Shown piece by piece: positions 57,862 to 64,000 of a DNA stretch of 64,000 nt. Both the position numbers and the translations under genes were made by a program. The notes beneath the pieces were generated by a model. The model searched no databases. It was given only the letters and a program-made list of their open reading frames with translations, and was not told where the DNA came from. Source of the DNA: Mucilaginibacter xinganensis (lineage in GTDB: Bacteria; Bacteroidota; Bacteroidia; Sphingobacteriales; Sphingobacteriaceae); NCBI GenBank assembly GCA_026225055.1, contig JAMFSA010000248.1:11137-75136 (forward strand). The letters are read 5' to 3'. Each line of letters starts with the position of its first letter. Position 1 is the stretch's first letter.

Positions 57862-58140
57862 TTATTTCCCTTTTCTTTCCTTCCGGGTAGGTGGAAAGTT
57901 TTGCAATTCAAAATCGAAATCTAAAAGTTCCTTAGGATGAACTTCCAGCGCACGCGCAATTTGAGCTAAATTACTAATTGATGTGTTACTAATCCCTCTT
58001 TCAATATTTCCGATCTGCCTAATATCGAAGCCTGTTCTTTCAACCAAATCTTCCTGAACGATCCCTTTTAATTTTCTGATCTCAATTATCTTTTTGCAAA
58101 CTTGTTCAATAAATTTTTGATCTCGATATTGACTTCCCAT
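57862..58140 (-). CDS. XRE family helix-turn-helix regulator
   Basis: IRKLKGIVQEDL...QIGNIERGISNTSISNL..IARALEV. Confidence 0.9.
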   Translation of the reverse strand: MGSQYRDQKFIEQVCKKIIEIRKLKGIVQEDLVERTGFDIRQIGNIERGISNTSISNLAQIARALEVHPKELLDFDFELQNFPPTRKERKGK

Positions 58141-58173
58141 CGATCAAAGGGAGATTAAAACATAGTTATAAAG

Positions 58174-58191
58174 TAGGAAAAATTTTTCCTA
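58174..58191. promoter_or_regulatory. Perfect 18-bp palindrome, probable XRE operator
   Basis: taggaaaaa-tttttccta, 34 nt upstream of the XRE start in the divergent intergenic region. Confidence 0.5.
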
Positions 58192-58266
58192 TTTAATTAT
58201 AATTGATTATATTTGATATTAGAATAAAAGCTAAATAAACTCATAGGTGATTTATTCACTTTATGT

Positions 58267-58274
58267 TATTTTTG
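58267..58274 (+). promoter_or_regulatory. Bacteroidota -7 promoter element TAnnTTTG
   Basis: tatttttg immediately before the structured leader. Confidence 0.4.
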
Positions 58275-58460
58275 CGAATACTTCGAAAATATTGAAGCAT
58301 TCGCTTTGAGTCTTGCTCCTGAAAATTCGCACTTTCAAACAGAGCACAAGATGAGAAGCCGGAATGCCCATACTACAGGTATGGGCTCCCTTCTTGTTGT
58401 GCTTATAGGTAGTGCGAAACATCCTCAGGAGCGATAAGTTGGGAACCATGCCTGTAGTAT
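58274..58460 (+). ncRNA. Structured RNA leader candidate with alternative pairings
   Basis: Five nested stems at 58315-58432 plus a competing 15-nt pairing with 58446-58460 (see findings). Confidence 0.55.
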
Positions 58461-58515
58461 TTTACAGAAATCAACTCTCTTGCAGACTCCTGATAATGAT
58501 TTATAACTCATTAAA

Positions 58516-58794
58516 ATGGATGAATTAAAAGCACATTCTCAATCACCTGATTTCAGTTCTTTGACTGAGATTATGGAACGGTTTTACACGGTTCCATATG
58601 ATCAATTTCAAGAAGAGCTGAATAATTGGTTTTACCGAAATCTCGGAAATGAGCATGATGCTAATGATCTGCAACTGTCCGAACGCTCCCGCATCGGCAA
58701 ACTCCCAGCTTTAGTATCTGAAATCTTCCATCGCGCTGAATTGCTCAACGCCTTATCAGAAGCTAAAATTAAAGCTGGAAATGAGGACAAGTAA
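58516..58794 (+). CDS. Hypothetical protein, 92 aa
   Basis: ORF with an A-rich translation initiation region, first gene after the structured leader. Confidence 0.55.
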   Translation: MDELKAHSQSPDFSSLTEIMERFYTVPYDQFQEELNNWFYRNLGNEHDANDLQLSERSRIGKLPALVSEIFHRAELLNALSEAKIKAGNEDK

Positions 58795-58839
58795 ATTCAC
58801 CCTTTGGAAATTGCTCATCTGCCCCCCGGAATGATGATG

Positions 58840-58893
58840 GAATAACGGCAACCTGGTCAGTTAATAGTTAAACATATTGGGTTGCCGCTATTC
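58840..58893 (+). other. Intergenic stem-loop before the TlpA gene
   Basis: gaata.cggcaacc pairs with ggttgccg.tattc. Confidence 0.4.
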
Positions 58894-58933
58894 ACGTTTC
58901 AATTCATTTTTCAAAACAACAAACTAAACTTTT

Positions 58934-60223
58934 ATGAAAAAAATAACGATTTTAATCGTGCTGGCCACGCTTTGCCTTTTTTTTAAGGTTTCAGGACAGT
59001 CAAATAATCAAATCAGACCGCTTAAAGTCGGCGATACAGTGCCTGATGTAGTATTACAAAATGTTCTAAATTATAAGTCAACATCTATTCGGCTTGCTGA
59101 TTTTAAGGACAAACTTATCATTTTAGATTTTTGGGCTACGTCTTGCGGGCCTTGCATTGAACACATGCCCTTAATGTATTCAATTCAAAAAAAATATAAG
59201 GATCAGGTATTCCTCCTTCCTGTTAACACACTGCATTCCGGTGACGATCCAACAAAGATTCTTAAATTCATGAAGGAACGTAAAAAAGCGTTTGATCTTC
59301 CATCGGTCAGTAAGGATACTATCCTGTTTAAGCTTTTTCATCCAAGTTCACTGGGCGTGTATGTATGGATACAAAATAATGTTGTTCGTGCCTTTACAGG
59401 CTCAGAAGATTTAAATGAGGAGAATATTGTTAAGCAAATAAATATCAGAAAGGTCGAATTTCATCAGCGGCCCAGATTAAATTTTACATGGAATAAGCCT
59501 ATTTTTATAAATGGTAACGGGGGGCAAGAACCTTCAGTTTATTTATACAGAAGCTTTCTGACTCCTTTCATTGATGGAGTATTTGGTGCCGGTTTTGATC
59601 ATGATAATTCCGGAAAAATAATTAGAATATACCAATATGGTGTCAGCCTAAAAATGCTAATTATTGCAGCCAATCCGGAATTTGGGCATTTTCAACCTGC
59701 CAGGATTAAAATAAAAGTTAGAGATCCCGAACCTTTTGATTTTGATCTTAACAACGACTCTTTAAGAAGAAAAAATGAATTCGACTATGAAGCGGTATTC
59801 CCTCCAGCAAATAGAAGCGTGGCACAAGCCTATTTTAAACAGGATATAGGCCGTTATTTCCCTTATTCGATAGACAGTGCGAGTATAAAAGACTCTTGTT
59901 GGGTGCTGAAGGTTTCCCGTGTTAAAAAGCTAAAAGTCAATCGAACTGCTGAACGAGGGACTAATTATGACGAAAATATAGGCCTCCCCATTTTCTTCAA
60001 CAATATGCCTGTTTCGGAGATAGTCAGGGCTTTTGAAAACATATACAAAAGTCCTTTTATTGATGAAACTGGATACAACGGAAATCTCTGGCTGACTTTG
60101 CCGCCAAATTTGCTTAATAGTAATGCTTTGCAAATAAGCCTGGCTAAACAAGGGATCATCTTAACAAAGGAGCCTAGGGAAATCGAATACGCGGTAATTT
60201 CTGGCCGTGATCTACCCAATTAA
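58934..60223 (+). CDS. Exported TlpA/redoxin-family thioredoxin-fold protein with C-terminal extension
   Basis: Signal peptide, LKVGDTVPD, ILDFWATSCGPC (CxxC), C-terminal IDETGY motif. Confidence 0.85.
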   Translation: MKKITILIVLATLCLFFKVSGQSNNQIRPLKVGDTVPDVVLQNVLNYKSTSIRLADFKDKLIILDFWATSCGPCIEHMPLMYSIQKKYKDQVFLLPVNTLHSGDDPTKILKFMKERKKAFDLPSVSKDTILFKLFHPSSLGVYVWIQNNVVRAFTGSEDLNEENIVKQINIRKVEFHQRPRLNFTWNKPIFINGNGGQEPSVYLYRSFLTPFIDGVFGAGFDHDNSGKIIRIYQYGVSLKMLIIAANPEFGHFQPARIKIKVRDPEPFDFDLNNDSLRRKNEFDYEAVFPPANRSVAQAYFKQDIGRYFPYSIDSASIKDSCWVLKVSRVKKLKVNRTAERGTNYDENIGLPIFFNNMPVSEIVRAFENIYKSPFIDETGYNGNLWLTLPPNLLNSNALQISLAKQGIILTKEPREIEYAVISGRDLPN

Positions 60224-60252
60224 TTTAATTATCAACTTTTAAACCCAAACTA

Positions 60253-63200
60253 ATGAAACACTTATATATGCTGTTCATTGCATTTATTCCCGTGACCGGC
60301 TTTTGCCAGATGGTAACTGGAACAGTAAAGGATGGCAACCAAAAACCACTTGAGGGCATTACAGTAACCGAAAAAGGTACCCACAATGGAACTGTTACAG
60401 ATGATAAGGGACAATTTATAATAAAAATAGCTACAGCTAAGCCTATATTGCTGTTTACCGCAGCCAACATGGGAAAATATGAAATTCCGGTTAATGGGAA
60501 AAAGGAAATTATCATAACCCTATATCCGAAACTTAATTCGCTCGACGAAGTCCAGGTAATCGCTTATGGAACCAGCACTCAACGCAATACAGTTGGGTCA
60601 ATAACCAAAGTCACCAGTTCGGAAATAGATCAACAACCGGTTTCAAATCCATTAGCAGCATTGGAAGGAAGAGTTCCGGGCTTAATCGTAACCGCTACAA
60701 GCGGTATGCCTGGCGCATCTTTTACCGTTCAGGTCCGGGGGCAGAATACCCTAAATCCCAATGGAGGTGGTTTGTCGCCAATAGACCAACCGCTTTTTAT
60801 CATTGACGGCGTGCCATTTGCACCACAAAATACGAATGTTAATCAGTTTTCGTCGGCAATCTCTCCCGGCGCAGGACATGTCTATGGCAATCCGTATGGC
60901 GGGGTTAGCCCGTTTAATAGTATTAATCCCGCCGATATTGAAAGCATAGAAGTTTTGAGGGATGCCGATGCTACTGCCATATACGGGTCACGCGGCGGTA
61001 ATGGCGTTATCCTGATAACGACGAAAAAAGGCAAAATTGGTAAGACCAACCTTGTTGTTGGTTTTGATGATGGAGTTAGCGTGGTCGGTCACCTAATGCC
61101 GATGATGAACACGCAACAATATTTGCAAATGCGTCGGGAAGCATTTGCAAATGACGGTCTAACGCCCAATAATATACTTTACGATCCTGCTTATGCGCCA
61201 GACCTAACGGTTTTCGATCAGGCACGTTATACCAACTGGCAGAAATATTTCATTGGTAATACCTCACATCATATCAATACAAACGAGGCAATTTCAGGAG
61301 GCACTGCCAATACGCAATTCCGGATAGCAGGTGGTTTCAACAGAGATACATATATTTTTCCGGGAGATTATGCCGATAACCGGGCAAGTTTTTCTTCTAA
61401 CATCCACCACGTTTCTGATGATAAAAAATTTACATTGGACTTCACTACAACCTATTCTTACGACAAGAACAATACTTCCGGCAGCCAGAACTTATTAACC
61501 GGATATTCACTGGAACCCAATTATCCAAGTCCTATTGACAATAACGGCAACCTGGTATGGAATTATAAAGGAGTTCCCTTAGACGGTTCCTACGCGTCCC
61601 AAAATCCTTATACCTCTTTTAAAACAGCCTACAGCTATAGCAATACTTCGCTAAACGCCAACCTATTAATGGGATATGAAATTATCAGAGGCCTGACATT
61701 CCGAACCAGCCTTGGTTACGGGACATTTGAAAATAATGAGTTCTCATCAACACCCATAGACAGTCAAAATCCATCTTATAACCCAACTGCAACCGCGCAA
61801 TTTGGAACAAGTGATGCCAAGACCTGGATCATTGAACCGCAACTGGAATATAAAAGCACATTTAAAAAAGTGTCTTATTCATTTCTGGCAGGCGGAACAT
61901 TTCAACAATCATCGCTTAATACTACGCAAGTCGAAGGCTTTGGGTATATCAACGATGATCTGATTAATTCCATTTCAGGCTCATCCACTCAAACGGCAAG
62001 CGATGGCTCGACCGACTACAAGTATACTGCGGGTTTCGCAAGGTTTAACCTGAAATGGGATAGCAAGTATATAATCGATATCAATGGACGCCGGGACGGT
62101 TCAAGCCGCTTTGGTCCAGGAAAGCAGTTTGGAAATTTTGGCTCGGCGGCCGCGGGATGGTTGTTTAGTGAAGAAAACTTTATAAAAAATCACATACCTT
62201 TTCTTAGCTATGGAAAATTACGTGGCAGTTATGGTGTCACCGGTAGTGACGGCATTGGCGATTATAATTATATATCAAGATTTGCACCAACTGCTTACAG
62301 TTATGCAGGCACATTAGGTTACCTGCCACAAAACCTCGCCAACAGTCAGTTTAGTTGGGCGACCACCAAAAAGTTAGAATTTGGGTTGGAATTGGGTTTT
62401 CTTCAGGATCGCTTCCTTTTTACCTCGGACTGGTTTAGAAATCGAACAGGAAATCAGCTGATAAACTATTTACTCCCCAGCCAAACTGGTTTTGGCTCAG
62501 TTGTAGAGAACTCGCCTGCACTTGTACAAAATACCGGATGGGAATTTACTTTGCTAGCAAAAATTTTAGCCTCAAAGGATTTTTCATGGAATATTTCATT
62601 TAATGCCACCATACCGCAAAATAAACTTTTGGCATTTCCGGGCCTTGCCTCATCCAGTTATTCAACAACCTATATAGTCGGGCAGTCCATCAACGAAATC
62701 ACCGGGCTTAAGTCCGCCGGTGTAAACCCGGCAACAGGACTCTTTCAATTTTACGACGCGAACGGTAAGATTACGAGTACGCCGCAAATACCGTCCGGAA
62801 ATAATTTCAATGACTATTATAACATCGGTAACCGTGATCCTAAAGTTTATGGTGGTTTGCAAAACAGTTTCAACTACAAAAATTTCCAGTTAGGAATTTT
62901 TATGGAGTTTAAAAAGCAAATGGGTATTAACTATCTTGGACAGCTAAATGGTACACCTGGCTGGGAATTCAATCAGCCTGCTGCTATAATTGCGGCACAT
63001 TGGACAGGACCCGGTGATAATAATGCAACTCTCCAAAAATATGTTTCCCAATACGGTGAAGCAGCTATAGAACAAGCCAATTTTGAACGATCGAATGGTA
63101 TTTACAGCGATGCTTCCTACATACGCGTAAAAACCGTTTCGCTTTCTTATCTGATTCCCTCAAATTCCCTAAAAAAATTAAGTGTAAAATCCCTGCGCAT

Positions 63201-63324
63201 CTATGTCAATGCGCAGAATTTATTTACCATAACTGACTATAAAGGAAATGACCCGGAAACGCAAAATTTTTATGGCGTTCCTCCGCTCAAAACAATCACC
63301 TGTGGTCTACAATTAAACCTTTAA
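60253..63324 (+). CDS. susC: SusC/RagA TonB-dependent transporter
   Basis: EVQVIAYG, NPLAALEGRVPG, LRDADATAIYGSRGGNGVILITTKKG, RRDGSSRFGP, C-terminal GLQLNL. Confidence 0.95.
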   Translation: MKHLYMLFIAFIPVTGFCQMVTGTVKDGNQKPLEGITVTEKGTHNGTVTDDKGQFIIKIATAKPILLFTAANMGKYEIPVNGKKEIIITLYPKLNSLDEVQVIAYGTSTQRNTVGSITKVTSSEIDQQPVSNPLAALEGRVPGLIVTATSGMPGASFTVQVRGQNTLNPNGGGLSPIDQPLFIIDGVPFAPQNTNVNQFSSAISPGAGHVYGNPYGGVSPFNSINPADIESIEVLRDADATAIYGSRGGNGVILITTKKGKIGKTNLVVGFDDGVSVVGHLMPMMNTQQYLQMRREAFANDGLTPNNILYDPAYAPDLTVFDQARYTNWQKYFIGNTSHHINTNEAISGGTANTQFRIAGGFNRDTYIFPGDYADNRASFSSNIHHVSDDKKFTLDFTTTYSYDKNNTSGSQNLLTGYSLEPNYPSPIDNNGNLVWNYKGVPLDGSYASQNPYTSFKTAYSYSNTSLNANLLMGYEIIRGLTFRTSLGYGTFENNEFSSTPIDSQNPSYNPTATAQFGTSDAKTWIIEPQLEYKSTFKKVSYSFLAGGTFQQSSLNTTQVEGFGYINDDLINSISGSSTQTASDGSTDYKYTAGFARFNLKWDSKYIIDINGRRDGSSRFGPGKQFGNFGSAAAGWLFSEENFIKNHIPFLSYGKLRGSYGVTGSDGIGDYNYISRFAPTAYSYAGTLGYLPQNLANSQFSWATTKKLEFGLELGFLQDRFLFTSDWFRNRTGNQLINYLLPSQTGFGSVVENSPALVQNTGWEFTLLAKILASKDFSWNISFNATIPQNKLLAFPGLASSSYSTTYIVGQSINEITGLKSAGVNPATGLFQFYDANGKITSTPQIPSGNNFNDYYNIGNRDPKVYGGLQNSFNYKNFQLGIFMEFKKQMGINYLGQLNGTPGWEFNQPAAIIAAHWTGPGDNNATLQKYVSQYGEAAIEQANFERSNGIYSDASYIRVKTVSLSYLIPSNSLKKLSVKSLRIYVNAQNLFTITDYKGNDPETQNFYGVPPLKTITCGLQLNL

Positions 63325-63328
63325 AAAA

Positions 63329-64000
63329 ATGAAAAATTTAACATACAGTATAATTTCAATATGCTTTTTAGGCTTATTAACCTATAGTTCCTGTAAGAAA
63401 TTCGTGGTAATCCCTCCACCAAAAAACCAGCTTGTGGCGACTCAGGTGTTTGCCGACAGTGCCGGAGCGAACAGTGCGGTAGCCGGTATTTATGTAGATA
63501 TGGTACAGTCTTTTGGTTTGGGTTTCGCATCTGGTGGATTGACGCTATATCCTGGATTATCCGCTGATGAACTTGAGCAGACTTCGAAAGATGCCGACAT
63601 GAGCCAAATTTATAGTAACCAAATTAATCCGACGAACAGCTATGATGAGATTTTGTGGTCAACGGCATACAAGTATATCTATGACACAAATGCATGCATC
63701 GAAGGATTAAATGCCAGTAAGGGAATATCTGCAAACTTCAAAGCGCAGCTTATCGGTGAAGCACGGCAAATCAGAGCGTTCTTATATTTCAACCTATGTA
63801 ATCTATATGGCACAGTGCCGCTAATAAGAAGTACGGATTATCATACTAATCAGTCCTTAGGTAGAGAACCAGTTGACAGTGTATATGCTCAAATTTTCTC
63901 TGATTTAACCTACGCCCAAAATAATCTGTTGAAGAGTAATGTAGCAGAAAGGGCGAATTATTTTTCAGCCACAGCTTTGCTGGCAAAAGTTCAACTTTAT
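63329..64000 (+). CDS. susD: SusD/RagB lipoprotein, truncated by window end
   Basis: Manual translation MKNLTYSIISICFLGLLTYSSCKKFVVIPPP..., GLSADEL, GEARQIRAFLYFNLCNLYGTVPL. Confidence 0.9.
   Translation, partial: MKNLTYSIISICFLGLLTYSSCKKFVVIPPPKNQLVATQVFADSAGANSAVAGIYVDMVQSFGLGFASGGLTLYPGLSADELEQTSKDADMSQIYSNQINPTNSYDEILWSTAYKYIYDTNACIEGLNASKGISANFKAQLIGEARQIRAFLYFNLCNLYGTVPLIRSTDYHTNQSLGREPVDSVYAQIFSDLTYAQNNLLKSNVAERANYFSATALLAKVQLY

Noticed and set aside
58261-58449. 62-aa minus-strand ORF over the structured leader
   Set aside because: No motif, and the extensive base-pairing explains the sequence better as RNA structure.
922-63530. Many 60-170 aa ORFs in the track lying antisense or out of frame within long genes (e.g. 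5634-6041, 10648-11067, 28196-28606, 34993-35505, 53900-54256)
   Set aside because: They overlap well-supported genes and carry no recognisable motifs, so they are treated as shadow ORFs.
1-64000. CRISPR array, tRNA, rRNA, transposase or integrase
   Set aside because: No regularly spaced direct repeats, cloverleaf or rRNA-like sequence, and no DDE or tyrosine-recombinase motifs seen by eye.

Overview
Bacteroidota DNA, most likely Sphingobacteriaceae (Mucilaginibacter/Pedobacter-like), inferred from SusC/SusD pairs, an ECF-FecR pair, a short MRQLKI-type sigma70 and TAnnTTTG promoter-like motifs. The window reads as accessory cargo in five blocks. (1) 1-21.6 kb: redox/stress and malate genes (divergent primary-type sigma factor, non-heme haloperoxidase, DJ-1/PfpI, mqo-cupin-fumC, UBP zinc finger plus TrxB-like reductase, Dps, malic enzyme, YoaK). 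(2) 21.9-35.7 kb: an ECF/FecR-controlled polysaccharide utilization locus (SusC, SusD, unclassified six-hairpin glycosidase, GH3, two esterases). (3) 36-45.6 kb: TetR, a divergent SLOG protein, a second tautomerase, a Flavo-1-like RNA motif, and a minus-strand run of exported protein, Ig-like lipoprotein, 74-aa Cys peptide, caspase-like protease and Mrr-nuclease/STAND NTPase. This run is the best candidate for an undescribed system. (4) 45.9-57.6 kb: an ICE-type leading region (structured ssb leader, PRTRC ubiquitin-like cassette with a frameshifted E2 gene, orphan DarG-like macrodomain) followed by defence-like genes (PIN-like, HExxH zincin, DUF2971, TgvAB/GmrSD-like DUF262 pair). (5) 57.9-64 kb: XRE regulator, a long structured leader with two mutually exclusive pairings, a TlpA redoxin and a second SusC/SusD that runs off the window end. 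No rRNA, tRNA, CRISPR array, integrase, transposase or tra gene was seen. All family calls come from motif recognition by eye, not from database searches.
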